This document shows positions 16,878 through 29,800 of a stretch of DNA of 64,000 bases, piece after piece. Positions within the stretch are counted from its first letter, which is position 1, and each line of letters opens with the position of its first letter. Location: sequence record NC_026927.1. One strand, 5' to 3'. The notes under the pieces are model-generated. The model was not told where the DNA came from. It made no database searches and was given only the letters and a program-made list of their open reading frames with translations. The position numbers and the translations under genes are program-made.

Positions 16878-16914
16878 TGGTAGAATAGGGGAGAACACCT
16901 CCACCTATTTTTTT
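16878..16914 (+). terminator. Terminator overlapped by an extended -10 box
   Basis: TG-G-TAGAAT (16878-86) overlaps the stem AATAGGGGAG/CTCCACCTATT, followed by a T-run. Confidence 0.75.
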
Positions 16915-17403
16915 ATGCCTATCAATAAAGAGTATTATGATAAATGGTATGGGATATGGAGTTCCCAATCAGAAGATGTATTGGAAGTTACTGCCTTAGT
17001 TAGAGCTATTGAATGTACTAATGGGTGTATTCAGTGGGCGTTTAGGGACGATGATGACAGGTCACTACCCATTGAGAAGACCAGAGAGGCTATGAAACTC
17101 TCCATGGGTGTGATGAAGAATAAGGTTTTACCATTCCCTGATGGTGGGAAGTTTGTTATCCCAGAGGATGTAGTTCCCCTCATGGATAAGTCCAGAGATA
17201 TTTACATTAGAGGATTCAAACAAGGTGATGAGGATGCCTACCAAGAGTTTATGGCACTATCCAAGTCACACTTTGTTGTAATGGGTAGAGAGAGGATGGA
17301 TAGAAACTTCCAGAAGGTGAAGGATCATTTCATAGATGTGTTTAGTGACTACTGGATTGAGATGGGTAGGGGATATGTTTATGCCCTTGGGGAGTATGTA
17401 TAA
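16915..17403 (+). CDS. Hypothetical protein
   Basis: 162-aa ORF with phage-like codon use. Confidence 0.75.
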   Translation: MPINKEYYDKWYGIWSSQSEDVLEVTALVRAIECTNGCIQWAFRDDDDRSLPIEKTREAMKLSMGVMKNKVLPFPDGGKFVIPEDVVPLMDKSRDIYIRGFKQGDEDAYQEFMALSKSHFVVMGRERMDRNFQKVKDHFIDVFSDYWIEMGRGYVYALGEYV

Positions 17404-17427
17404 ATATCTGGTATCGCTTCTCCTCCA

Positions 17428-17619
17428 ATGGACGAAAATAGTGCATCACGTATTTTAGATTCAGCAGGAAAAGGTGGGCATGTTAATCCTACCGCCCTGG
17501 CTGTTACCATACGTGCCGCAGTGAAGGAATGTCTAGACCATAATGGTATGGTTAGTATGTCATCCCTCTACGAACTCAGTTGTCAGTTGGAAAAGAAGGG
17601 AAAAGAGTGGTATGATTAG
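17428..17619 (+). CDS. Hypothetical protein
   Basis: Preceded by TATAAATA (17399-17406). Confidence 0.6.
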   Translation: MDENSASRILDSAGKGGHVNPTALAVTIRAAVKECLDHNGMVSMSSLYELSCQLEKKGKEWYD

Positions 17620-17639
17620 TAAACTTATTTGGTGATGTC

Positions 17640-17840
17640 ATGAGTGAAAAACTTTGGGTGAAGATGGCGGAAGTATTCTACAATAAGGATGCCGAGACCG
17701 CAGAGCGAATGGGAGTTGAGAACTTCTTCAATAAAGCAGCATCTAGAATGATTGCAGTTGTTGCTGAGAGTATTGATGGGGAGGAGAGACTATACCTAGA
17801 AGAGCAATCCAAAATAGCAGAGGCTGAACAACGAGTATGA
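17640..17840 (+). CDS. Hypothetical protein
   Basis: ORF coupled to the next gene (ATGA). Confidence 0.6.
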   Translation: MSEKLWVKMAEVFYNKDAETAERMGVENFFNKAASRMIAVVAESIDGEERLYLEEQSKIAEAEQRV

Positions 17841-18064
17841 ACACTTACTATGTGATAGTATACACACTAGTATTCTTTGTTGGTGTGTGTATTATTGAAC
17901 CCAACCTACTCAAGTGGATAGAACTCCAGTTTAAGTGGGCAGGTATAAACGTTAGAAGAGCTATACTTATAGTTCAATTTCATCCACGTAACTTTGTTAC
18001 CAACTGGATAATTCGTAGGAAGTTTCAGAAGATTATCAGAGAACATAGTCAACCTAAAGAGTAG
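17837..18064 (+). CDS. Small membrane protein
   Basis: N-terminal TM segment and basic C-terminus. Confidence 0.6.
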   Translation: MNTYYVIVYTLVFFVGVCIIEPNLLKWIELQFKWAGINVRRAILIVQFHPRNFVTNWIIRRKFQKIIREHSQPKE

Positions 18065-18073
18065 GAGTTAGTT

Positions 18074-18250
18074 GTGATTGAGACTTTGGCATTTGTTTTC
18101 CTTTCATGCCAAGATGCACGTCAGGTTGCAGATCGTGCAATGAATACTGAGAGTATTACCAAAGAAGTAGCCATAGAAGTTATTATTGAACTTGATATAG
18201 CTTCTGGCGGCAAATGTAACTTACCTGGAATAACTGATGGGCATGTTTGA
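18074..18250 (+). CDS. Small hypothetical protein (58 aa)
   Basis: Translated by hand from GTG after AGGAG (MIETLAFVFLSCQDAR...). Confidence 0.5.
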   Translation: MIETLAFVFLSCQDARQVADRAMNTESITKEVAIEVIIELDIASGGKCNLPGITDGHV

Positions 18251-18626
18251 TACTATAAGATGCTCCTATGATATTGGAGAACTAACTGATGTAGAATGTC
18301 AGTCTAAGAATATAGATGATTGGGGAGGCACTATGTCTTTCTATTGGGTAGATCCTAATGGGAGGTTGTGGTCTCCCAGTTATGCTGGAACCTATGACTT
18401 TGTTCCTGAAGAGGGACCCTTCCCTGAGCTCGGAAAGGGGAAGCTTAGTCATGTACAATATTTGGGTACTACACCTAATGGAACTCATGGGAAGTATCAG
18501 TTCGTATCTATGACAAGATGTATAGAGATATATGATACAAAAACACATGCAGATGGGTATGTAGAGTTTGTGACATGTTATTTGTCATTCTACCAAGGAC
18601 TACTGAGAGATTACTTTTATAAATAA
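18237..18626 (+). CDS. Hypothetical protein (MGMFDTIRCSY...)
   Basis: 129-aa ORF. Confidence 0.7.
   Translation: MGMFDTIRCSYDIGELTDVECQSKNIDDWGGTMSFYWVDPNGRLWSPSYAGTYDFVPEEGPFPELGKGKLSHVQYLGTTPNGTHGKYQFVSMTRCIEIYDTKTHADGYVEFVTCYLSFYQGLLRDYFYK
18618..18625 (+). promoter_or_regulatory. T4-type late promoter
   Basis: TATAAATA overlapping the upstream stop codon. Confidence 0.75.
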
Positions 18627-18651
18627 GTCCATATAGAGTTGTTTTTAACCA

Positions 18652-20148
18652 ATGGATCTCCAATCATATATCCAACTTAAAGAGGCGTACACCAACGTCC
18701 ACTCCCCAAAGGTAGAAGTCACTAGAGAAGAAGTTGATGCTTTCATTGATGCTCTACTGGAAGAAGGATACGATCTAAGTGAGTTCACTTGGGAGGAAGT
18801 CCGTGATGCTTACCTAGAAGAGGGTGTTGCTAATAATCCTCGTTGGGGAGTTATTGGTCAAGGTGCAAGACTTCTTCAGAAAGGTTTTGGTAACAAACAA
18901 CAGGGAGATGCTGCTAGGGATTATGAGACATCTGTAAATAATATTAATAGTCGTAGAAATCAAAATTCTAGTACATCAACCGCAACTGCTAACGAGATTG
19001 CAGCAGAAACCAAAGGTAGGAAAGCTCAGACAGGTGGTGGATCTAGTTCTAGTGGATCTAGTTCTAGTGGATCTGGTGGATCAAGTCTCTCTGATTCTGT
19101 TGCTAGAAAACAGAAAGAGGCTGATGCCAAACGCGCAAGACAAAGGGAGACTGGTGGAACTGGAGCCACCGACAATAAGCCCGCTGGTGGTTCTGGTGGA
19201 TCCGGTGGTTCCGGTGGATCCGGTGGTTCTGGTGGATCCGGTGGTTCTGGTGGATCCGGTGGCGGCAGTAATAGACCAGTAGCAAAGGCTAAGCCAGTAC
19301 AGACAGCACAACAGAAGGCAGACTCTTCTACTAACGCACAGTATGACAAGTTGAGGAAGTCTGATCCAGCTGCCGCTAAGAAGTTTGGTATGGCTGCATC
19401 ACAGAAGAAGTTTGGTAATCAACTAAAGCCAAAGACTCCAAATCCATTGATGAGGGGTATGAATACTGCTTCTACTAAGCCAGCAACTACTCCTAAGCCA
19501 GCAACTACTCCTAAGCCAACAACTCCAGTATCAGACTCATCTCCTGTTAGGGCAATGAGTAAGACTACCCCCACACCAGCTGCCTCCAAGCCAAAGGCAA
19601 CACCTATCAAGTCAAGTCGCCTAAACAAGGCACTATCCAGTGTTGGTGAAGCAGTGGAATTTGATTCCTTTGATATCATCCTAGAATACCTAGTTGATTC
19701 TGGTTTCCCACAACAGGAAGCTCTCGTCATCATGGCGGAAATGCCTGAAGAGAAACGCGAAGAGATTCTCGAAGCTATGAAGCATCGTGACGCCAAGACT
19801 GGTGAAGTCACAGACAAGCCTGAAATTGGCAAGACATACTACCCCCATGGTGAGCGTCAGAAGTCTTCTGTAGCTCTTCGCAAAGAGAAGGAGAGGGCAG
19901 ATGCTAAAAAGAAATCAGTGAAGGAGGATAGAGCTTCCCTCGCAGATGCCTATCGGGCAGTTTATTCTGAGGAAGCTTCCGATACTAAAAAGGATAAGCA
20001 CCTAGAGCGTGGTGGTCACTCTGCTAAGACTGACTATAGTAAGCCACCCAAAACAGGTAACACCTTCGGTAAGAAGCCATCTATGAGTGAGGAAGATCGT
20101 AGTGAGGCTATGGCTAAGATTGTGGCTAGAATGAAAGGTAAGAAATAA
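18652..20148 (+). CDS. Late, largely low-complexity protein (possible internal virion protein)
   Basis: Two acidic helical motifs (FIDALLEEGYD; IILEYLVDSGF) separated by GS-rich and PKPATT repeats. Confidence 0.7.
   Translation: MDLQSYIQLKEAYTNVHSPKVEVTREEVDAFIDALLEEGYDLSEFTWEEVRDAYLEEGVANNPRWGVIGQGARLLQKGFGNKQQGDAARDYETSVNNINSRRNQNSSTSTATANEIAAETKGRKAQTGGGSSSSGSSSSGSGGSSLSDSVARKQKEADAKRARQRETGGTGATDNKPAGGSGGSGGSGGSGGSGGSGGSGGSGGGSNRPVAKAKPVQTAQQKADSSTNAQYDKLRKSDPAAAKKFGMAASQKKFGNQLKPKTPNPLMRGMNTASTKPATTPKPATTPKPTTPVSDSSPVRAMSKTTPTPAASKPKATPIKSSRLNKALSSVGEAVEFDSFDIILEYLVDSGFPQQEALVIMAEMPEEKREEILEAMKHRDAKTGEVTDKPEIGKTYYPHGERQKSSVALRKEKERADAKKKSVKEDRASLADAYRAVYSEEASDTKKDKHLERGGHSAKTDYSKPPKTGNTFGKKPSMSEEDRSEAMAKIVARMKGKK
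19186..19257 (+). repeat. Coding tandem repeat (GGTGGWTCY)x8 encoding (GGS)8
   Basis: Eight 9-nt units read directly from the sequence. Confidence 0.9.
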
Positions 20149-20151
20149 TAG

Positions 20152-20192
20152 TGTTATAATAACCCCATAGGTCCATTCCCATGGGGTTTTTT
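20152..20192 (+). terminator. Terminator abutted by an extended -10 box
   Basis: TG-T-TATAAT (20152-60), then AACCCCAT/ATGGGGTT plus T-run. Confidence 0.8.
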
Positions 20193-20226
20193 GTTATGAA
20201 TACATAAAACTAAATGGACTTACTCC

Positions 20227-20601
20227 ATGAATACATATGGTTCTCCTGAAGGCTATCTCTTTAACCTTCATACCTGCTCAGCATCAGAAGCGAAGCGAAT
20301 GTGGAAAGAATCTATAAAGAATGATTGGAAACATAAATGTGCTTATTGTGGATCGGAACATGAAATTACTTTAGATCATATAGTACCCAAAGCGAAAGGG
20401 GGTACTAGTCATACAACCAATGTCGTAGCTTGTTGTCGTTCTTGTAACGGGAGTAAGGCATATGAGGATTGGATTATCTGGTATATTCAACAGCCATTCT
20501 TCACTGAAGAGAGGAGGGAGGCTATTGAAAAGTGGATGGAGAAGGGTCTCCTCAACAATAACTTAGTTGCATATCCACCCAGAAGAAATGTCGTTTATTG
20601 A
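20227..20601 (+). CDS. HNH endonuclease (McrA-like, zinc-binding)
   Basis: CAYCG...TLDHIVPKAKGG...NVVACCRSCNGSK. Confidence 0.88.
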   Translation: MNTYGSPEGYLFNLHTCSASEAKRMWKESIKNDWKHKCAYCGSEHEITLDHIVPKAKGGTSHTTNVVACCRSCNGSKAYEDWIIWYIQQPFFTEERREAIEKWMEKGLLNNNLVAYPPRRNVVY

Positions 20602-20755
20602 GTCTTTATGGATTCCTATCACCCGTCTAGGGCAGATCAAGAACTAGAACTAGAACAGCAAGAACTAAAAACAATCATAGGAGGATCTATACTATCCTTC
20701 TTCACTGTACTTATACCTTTTATTATACTTCTCTAAAACCTTTCAGTTCAGGCGA

Positions 20756-20763
20756 TATAAATA
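20756..20763 (+). promoter_or_regulatory. T4-type late promoter for the giant structural gene block
   Basis: TATAAATA. Confidence 0.8.
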
Positions 20764-20817
20764 AACCTAAGAAGAGTATATGCGTTCTTCGTCGGATAGC
20801 CTGAATCGACAAAAGAG

Positions 20818-23800
20818 ATGATCTCAACAGCGACTAAGATTAAATTTAAAAGGTCTGGTGTAGCCGGACGTAGACCCTCCTTAGCTGATCTTCAGTTAGG
20901 TGAATTGGGGATCAATTATAACGATGGTAAACTATTTTTCCGACAGGAAAATGAAGTAGTTGGCTCTCGTATCATTGAACCTGGACAGGGTGATGTAATC
21001 GGTAAGACTATTTTCGTATCCACAAAGGGTAACGATAACAATAGTGGTCTTAACGAAAGGGATGCCAAGAGAACTGTTAAAGCGGCCGCCGCAGTAGCAG
21101 AACCTGGTGACTCCATCAAACTGTATCCAGGTCAGTACATCGAAGATAACCCTATCGTATTTAAGGATAGGGTATCTGTAGAGGGTATGGAGCTTCGTAA
21201 CGTTCTCGTTACTCCAGCCAACCCCAGTAAAGACTTGTACCAAGTTGGTGAGGCGTTCCACGCTACCAACCATTCCTTTGTGTCCAATAGGGATTCAACA
21301 GATGGTGCCTCTATTATCACCTATCGTCCTCTAGAGGGAACTGCGTCTGACAGGTATTTTGACGCGGCTAGACTCATCAGGGACAATCTTAGCTTCATTG
21401 CTAACGAGACAGTAGGTTTCCTAACCAGTGGATATTCAGGCTTTGCCGCTGGTCAGAGATCACAGGACGCTGCTCGTGCTCTAGAACTAAACAAGAACTT
21501 CATAGTAGAAGAAGCATTTCAATATATCAACTCTCCTGATTATACAGGAGCCACATACTTCAACCCAGACCCAGCACAGTGTAAGAGAGACCTAGGAAAT
21601 ATCATTGATGGTTGGAGATATGATCTCATCTCTGATGGTAACACCAGATCTACTGGTCTTGGTCTAACCTACTACGCACCTATTCCCTTTGTGAATAGTG
21701 CTAATGTTGCTGACCTTGTATACAACAGAAATAACGGTGATGTTCTAATTGAAACCGACGTAGATACACAGGTTTCAGTTGGTGAGAAGATCAAACTACA
21801 GGATATCAGACTAGAGTGTGGTTCCTACAACAACGATTTCCTCATCACTGGTTTCAAGTATGATAACACCAGTGGTATTGGAACAGTTAATCTACCCTTT
21901 ATCCATAACGTCAAGGTTGGAGACCTTGTTAAGTTTGATGGTTTAGAGTTTGATTGTCCTGCCTATGGTGCCATTGAATATGGTATCCAAGACTTCAAGT
22001 ATAATGAAACTACTGGTGGAAGTGTTGTCACACTCACCGAAGATCATGATCTAAAGATTGGTGACACCATTGAACTAAGAGACCTTCAGTTCGATTGTCC
22101 CGCCTATGGTGGTGACTTCACTAACATCATCAACCTAGAATACAATAAGACCAGTGGTCAGGGTGTTATCACATATGACAAACCCGCCGATCTCAAGTCT
22201 GGTGACGTTGTTATCCTCTATGACCTCACACTAACTTGTGATGCTTATGGTAACGCTATCTCAGTTACTGATTTCTCTTATGATAACTTCACTGGTATCA
22301 CTGAAGTAGAAGTAAATAGACCCCACAACCTCCGTCCCGGAGACCTAATCAAACTAGAGAACCTTAAGTTCTCTTGTGATTCCTACCTTAATGAAACATA
22401 CAAGGTCTCTAACTTTGTATATAATGAGAGCACTGGTGATAGTGTCCTCACCCTAACTGAACCACATAGTTTAGTTGCTGGTAAGAACGTCAGACTTGCT
22501 GACCTAGTTTTCTCCTGTAACTCCTATGTTCCAACCGCTAAAGCAATCTCTGATTTCCAGTATGATGAAGTAGTTGGTATCTCTACTATTACTCTAGCAT
22601 CTCCACACAACTTATCAGTTGGTGAGCAGTTCAGACTAGAGGATTTAGTATTCTCCTGTAACTCATATTCCTTCACTGATATTCCTATCATTGATGCACC
22701 ATATGATAATGTAACTGGTTATGTAACCCTATCGTTCTCTGGTGACCACGGACAACAGGTTGGTGAGAGAGTAAGACTCAGAGATATTGAGTACTCCTGC
22801 CCTGGTGGTTCAGGTATCACTACAACCTTGTTCCCCGATGGAACCTTTGGTTATGAGTTTGAAATCCTAAGTGTTCCAAACACTAAGAAGATGATTCTTA
22901 ATGTTGGCACCTCCACTATTGAACACTCCTATGTGAGTGGTGGTACTGCTACCGTTGGTATTACAACTACTATCTTCCCTGATGGAACACAAGGTTTCGA
23001 CTTCAATGTATCCAGTGTTAATAGTTCCACTGTTATCGAAGCAAGTGTTGGTATTTCTACCATCGCTCACAACTATGTTTCTGGTGGATCATTATTCGTT
23101 GGTTTCACTACCACAGTATTCCCCGATGGAACACAAGGTGATACCTTCAGAGTTAATTCTATTCCTTCTAGCACTCAAATCAGTGTTAATGTTGGTGTAT
23201 CTTCTATCGCCCATACTTTCGTATCCGGTGGTACAGCAACTGACCTAGACTCTTTCATCCCTGTATCTGGTTTCACCTACAATGAAGGTGACGGAACTGG
23301 ACTAGTATCCCTAGACAAGGCACACAACCTAGTGGTTGGTGACTCTTTTGTTCTAGAGGATCTTAAGTTCAACTGTAACTCCTACAGAACAGGTGGTACT
23401 TCTACTATTGATATCACTAACTTTGAGTATGATAAGGTAACCGGACTATCTACAGTCACACTATCTTCTTCACACAACCTACATGTTAATGATACCGTAG
23501 CACTATATGATATCAAGTTCTCTTGTCCTGGTGGTTCAGGTATTACAACTAATATCTTCCCCGATGGAACCAGAGACAACTTCTATGATGTAGTTGCTGA
23601 CCTAAACCCCAACCAGATTATTGTTCGTGTTGGTAAGTCTGACATTACTCACACATACGCTAGTGGTGGTACTCTATCAGTTGGTATCACTACTAACATC
23701 TTTCCTGATGGAACCAGACCTTCTGGTGACTTCTTCCAGGTCATCTCTGTCCCTTCTACCAAGTCTGTTCTAACTCAGGTTGGTCTATCCTCTATCGCCC

Positions 23801-26800
23801 ACTCATACGCAAGTGGTGGTAAGTTCTACACTGGTATCACTACTAATGTATTCCCACAGGTATTCACTGACCCCAACATCAAGGTAACCAACGCTGTATA
23901 TGACGAAGTATCTGGTGTTATCACCATTACTACTAACAAGGCACACGGACTTACCGATACCGCACCTGTTCTACTACAGGATCTAAACTTCTCTTGCCTC
24001 TCTGGTGGTGTAGGAAACACCCCAGGCAACCTTGTATTCCCCAGGAACCAGGAAGTTTATGATGTTGTGTCCGTTCTATCTACTACACAATATACGATCA
24101 ATGTAGGTCCTTCTGACTTCGCTCACGCATATGTTGATGGTGGTACTTCTACCACACAGAACATCACTAAGGCATCCTACAACAAAGGAACTGGTGATCT
24201 AACAGTAACCCTAGACAAGCAACACGGTTATTCAGTTGGTGATCGTGCTAGTGTGGTTGATCTCCTCTTCTCCTGTCAGTCTGGTGGTCCTAACAACCAA
24301 CCTGGAACACTTCTATTCCCCAGACCTACTGATGAGTATGAAGTTCTATCTGCAAGTGGTAAGACACTCACAGTTAATGTTGGAGCGTTCCCATCACTAG
24401 TTCATACCTATAAGAATGGTGGATCACTAACCTATAGTTCTACTGTACTTCCTGTAAGTAACGCAGTTTATGATCAATCAACTGGAGTTCTAACACTTAC
24501 CACATCAATTGCACTAGGGGCACCTGTTGGTTCTACCATTAAGATGCAGGGTCTAAACTTCTCCTGTGCCTCTGGTGGTCCTGGTAATGACGCTGGTGCT
24601 ATTGTATTCCCAAGACTAGACACCCCTACCTTCAAGGTGAAGGAAGTCAAGAGTGGTGTATCCTATGTTATCAATGTAGGAACCTCCACACTCTCACACA
24701 CCTATACTTCTGGTGGTTTCTCATCACTCAAGAAGTTGAAGAACGACCCCAATATTTTCAAAGTTATCGACACCCCAACACCTAGTAAGGTTATTACTAA
24801 TGTCGGTGTATCCTCTATCGCCCATGACTATGTGAGTGGTGGTAATATGTTCGTGGGTATCACCACTAATGTATTCCCTGATGGAACTCGCCCTGATGGA
24901 AGTAGGTTCGAAGTTATCTCCGCCCTATCACCCAACCAGGCACTCATCAACATCGGTGTTTCTACTATCACCCACAACTACGATAGTGGTGGTAGGATGC
25001 AGTATGGTACTACCAATGAGAGACCTGTTCTAGACTTCCTATACGATGGTCAGACTGGTATCTCCACTGTAACTATTAGAGGAACTCATGGTTTGAACCA
25101 GGGTGACCTAGTGAAACTCAGAGGTCTTGAGTTCGCTTGTACTAACTCACCTGGTATTACAACTACTATCTTCCCAGATGGAACTGCCGCTGGTCTCAAT
25201 ATCTACAAGGTTACTGAGATTATTAGTAACAGTACCTTCAAGACAAATGTAGGTAGAGTTGGATTCGATCATACTTACATCCAAGGTGGTTCCGCTTTCG
25301 TTGGTATCACTACTAACATCTTCCCAGATGGAACACAAGGTTACAACTATACAGTTGCCGCCATTCCTAATAAGAATCAGGTAACAGTTGATGTGGGTAT
25401 CTCCAGTATCCAACATGATTATATTCGTGGTGGATCACTATTCTCTGGTAAGACTAACGAGAGAGATATCGCAGACTTCAAGTATGATCACATCTCTGGT
25501 GATGCGGTTCTTACCTTCAGAAAGGCACAGAACTTATTCACACAAGATCTAGTAAAACTTAAGAACCTTCAGTTTGATTGTCCAAACTCTACTGGTATCA
25601 CTACTACTCTCTTCCCAGACGGAACCAGAAGTAACCTCTTCCTAATCAAGGAGAGACTAAACCCAACACAGTTCAAACTCAATGTTGGCACTTCACCATT
25701 CGGTCATGACTATGTGAGAGGAACAGGTCAGGCATTCGTTGGTATCACTACTAACATCTTCCCTGATACCAAGACACAACCAAGTAAGTTATTCAAGGTT
25801 GTTGATGTCCCAACTCCTACTACTATCTCCGCCAAGATTGGTGTATCCACTATCTCCCACTCATATGTTAAGGGTGGTAAGGTATTCGTTGGTATTAACA
25901 CTGATATCTTCCCTGGAGATGAGCAAGTATCACCACTAGGTGACACATATACAGTTCAGAGTATCACTAAAGATGGTGAGTTGGTTATCAATGTTGGACT
26001 ATCTTCTATCAGTCACTCCTATGGTGGCGGTGGTAAGGTTCTATATGGACAGAGTTCTGGTAACAACCTACAACATATCACTGGTCCTGGTGTACTAGAC
26101 GCAACCATCGCCGCTATCGATTTCGAGAAACAGGTAGCAATCAACGCACTAAACAACAGACCTTGGGGTTCATTCGTTCCTGAAGAGACTGCTGTTGTGG
26201 AGGCGTTCGCCTATGATAACCAGACTGGTTTCGGAACAGTAACCGCTAGGGGAATCAACGTCAACACTGGTGACACCATCAGGATGAGTGACATTCAGTT
26301 TGTTTGTTCTGAGGAGTACGCAGGTGTAACCACTACCTTCTTCCCTGATAATACTAGACCAGAGGGTCAGTACTTTAGAGTAGAAAGAAGAATCAACATC
26401 GATGAGTTTGAAGTTAATATTGGTGTTTCTACTATCAAACACGTATTCAACTACGAAACAGGTGGTAACGTATATCGTTACAGACAGTCTATTCTAGATG
26501 TTAACTACGATAGATCCAGTGGTATCACTAGTATCCGAGCAACCAAGCATGGTTACAAGGCAAAAGATATTGTGGAACTAGGTGATATCGAGTTCGATTG
26601 TCCCGTATTCAAACCTCAATATGATATTGAGAACTTTGTTTATGATAACACAACTGGTCTATCCACAGTTACTACTACTGTAGATAACACTATCAAGGTA
26701 GGTGACAATGTAAAACTAGCAGACATCAAACTAGAGTGTCCTCCATATGGTAACCAGAGAGTTATTGATAACTTTGTTTATGATAACAAGAGTGGTCTTT

Positions 26801-29800
26801 CCACCATATCACTAACAGCAGCACACGGACTCAACCTAAGACCTAGACCTTCTGTTTCTATCTCTACCGCCCTCTATGATAACCAGACTGGTATCCTAAC
26901 CGTTACCACCAATGCTGACATCAACTTCACCGATAGAAGTGGTCAGGGTGTTCAACTCAGTGGTCTAAGGTTCTCCTGTGACTCCGCTGGTTTCCCTGGA
27001 ACTCTCACCTATCCTGAAGAGAATCTAGTTTATGATATCCTAGAGATTCAGTCTCCTAGTAAGTTTAAGATTAATGTTGGTCTCTCCACTATCGCTCACG
27101 AGTATGTGAATGGTGGTGCCGCTACTAAGGTTGATAGATTCGATGTGAAACTACAGGGTATCAAGTTTGATTGTCCCGCCTATGGAAACACAATCGATGT
27201 TACTAACTTCCTATACGATCAGAGAAGTGGTAACTCACTAGTTACCGTAGATAAGGCACACAAACTATCTGTTGGTGATAACATCAAACTAGCGGATCTC
27301 AAGTTCCAATGTGCTCCATATGGTAACGATTACAATGTTCTAAACGCAGATTACGACAACACAACTGGTATTATTACAGTAACCACTAACCAAAACATCA
27401 ACGGTGTTGGTGTTGGTGATACTATTCGCCTCTCCAGACTACAGTTTGATTGTGTAGGTAGTGGTCCTGAGTATAATATCACTAACGTATTCTTCAATAC
27501 TGGTAACAGATCAGTTATTCTCACAGTTCCTGAAAGACCAATTGGTCTAAACCCAGGTGATGACATTAAACTAACCAATATGTCATACCTAGAAGGTGGT
27601 AGTGGTAATGTAGTTGCGTATCCAGACGGAAGAGATTCGAGTCTAAACATCTTCCGTATCAATGATGTTCAACCTAACTCCATTCTCCCTGGATACTTCG
27701 ATGTAACCACAGCGTTCCCCAATGTTAAGGATCCTTTCGCGATCTTCAACAATACTGGTAGACTAACCACTGGTATTACTACTAACATCTACCCTGAGAA
27801 TGTAGGTGCTGAAGGTGGTTTCTATGAAGTTATCCGCCTAAGACAAGATAACCAGTTTGAGATTCAGGTAGGAACCTCTACTATCACTCACAACTATGTG
27901 AGACAAGGACAGATGTTCACTGGTGTAACCACCAACTTCTTCCCTGGTAACCTACAGAACTCACCTAGAGGAAACATCTTTGAGATTGTGGAAGTTCCCA
28001 CAGCAACACAGGTGAGAATCAATGTAGGTGTATCTTCTATCTCTCATAGTTATGATAGTGGTGGTCAGATGTTTGTTGGTATTACTACTAACATCTTCCC
28101 TGATGGAACCAGAGGTAACCTATTCCCAGTTGTTGGAGTGGCAAATACTCTCACCCTAAGAATCGACGCGGGTGTATCCAGTATCCCCCACAACTATGTT
28201 TCTGGTGGAGAACTATTCGTAGGTATTACAACTAATATCTTCCCTGGTAACTCACAGAACTCACCAAGAGGTAGTATCTTCAAGGTCCTATCTAAGGATA
28301 ATGAGTGTGGTTCTGATAGATTCACTATCAACGTTGGTGTATCTTCTATCACTCACGGTTATGTTGAGGGTGGAACAGTCACCACTGGTGTTACAACTAA
28401 TAAGTTCCCTGATGGAACACACGGATTCAAGTTCCCTGTTATCGATGTTCTAGATGACAACTACTTCACCGTGAATGTTGGTACTTCTACTATCACTCAC
28501 AACTATATCTCTGGTGGTTTCACTAGAAGACTTGAAGTTCCTATCAATAGTTTCGTATATGATAGAGTTTCTGGTCTATCCACAGTGGGTATCCAAAGTC
28601 ACAGAATGAATATCGGTGACCTTGTGAAACTTCGTGATGTGAAGTTCAACTGTGATCCATATGGTGGAGAAAAGACTATCTCTGGTGTTGTTTATGATAA
28701 TACCTCTGGTAGAATGACCGTTAACACCACTGGTTCTCATAGTCTAAACATCAATGATGTTGTGAAACTCTCCAATATTCAGTTGGATTGTTCCCCATAT
28801 GGTAACGAGAGAACTATTACCGCCGCCACCTACAACAGAAACAATGGAAACCTAAGTGTTCAGGTATCTGAACCTCACAACCTCAAGATTAGTGAGAATG
28901 TGAAACTTAAAGGTTTAGAGTTCTCCTGTTCCTCAGAACACGCAGGTGTGACAACAACAATCTTCCCAGATTCAACCGCACCTTCTCTAAACATCTACGC
29001 CATCCAGAGTATCACCAACTCCACAACCTTCATGGTTAATGTTGGAACCTCTACTATCAGTCACAACTATGTTTCTGGTGGTTCCGCTTTCGTAGGTATC
29101 ACAACTAACATCTTCCCAGGTGATAGCCAGAACTCCCCCAGAGGTTCTTTCCTCAGTGTGGTAGATATCCCAGCATCAGACGCCTTCGTGGTGAATGTAG
29201 GGGTTTCTACTATCTCTCACGGGTATGTTAGAGGTGGATTGGTTCAGACAGGTATTACAACTGATGTATTCCCTGATGGAACACAGAGTGATTTCTTCAA
29301 GATTGAAGATGTCCCTAGTAATAATACAGTTGTAATCAACGCAGGTATCTCTTCTATCATCCATAGATACAACTCTGGTGGTTTCGCCGCCAAGTATGTT
29401 ACCTATCAGTCCAATAACTCACAACTACTTGATAGTTCTGTTATTAGAGTGAGTGGTGATTGTATGGCAGTTGGTGAGAGAGTTGAAGAACTCGCAGGTA
29501 TTGTTACCTCCATCATCAAGAATGGTCCTTCAATCGCACCTGGTGGTATTCCAGTAGATGTGGTAAGTGCATCCTACGACCAGTCTGGTGGAGCACTATC
29601 AGTCACAGTCAAAGACGCAATTGACCTCACACCAACTAACATAGTTAGAATCGAAGGTCTTATCTTCGAGTGTGAGTCCTCTGGTGTAACAAACACTCGT
29701 GTATATCCTGACAATAAGGTATTCAACTATGAGGTTCTATCAGTTCAGTCTCCAACAACCTTCACTATCAATGTAGGTTCTCAGGCAGATATCCCACACA

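Noticed and set aside
19039-19525. CRISPR-like array
   Set aside because: The repeats are contiguous 9-18 nt coding units with no unique spacers.
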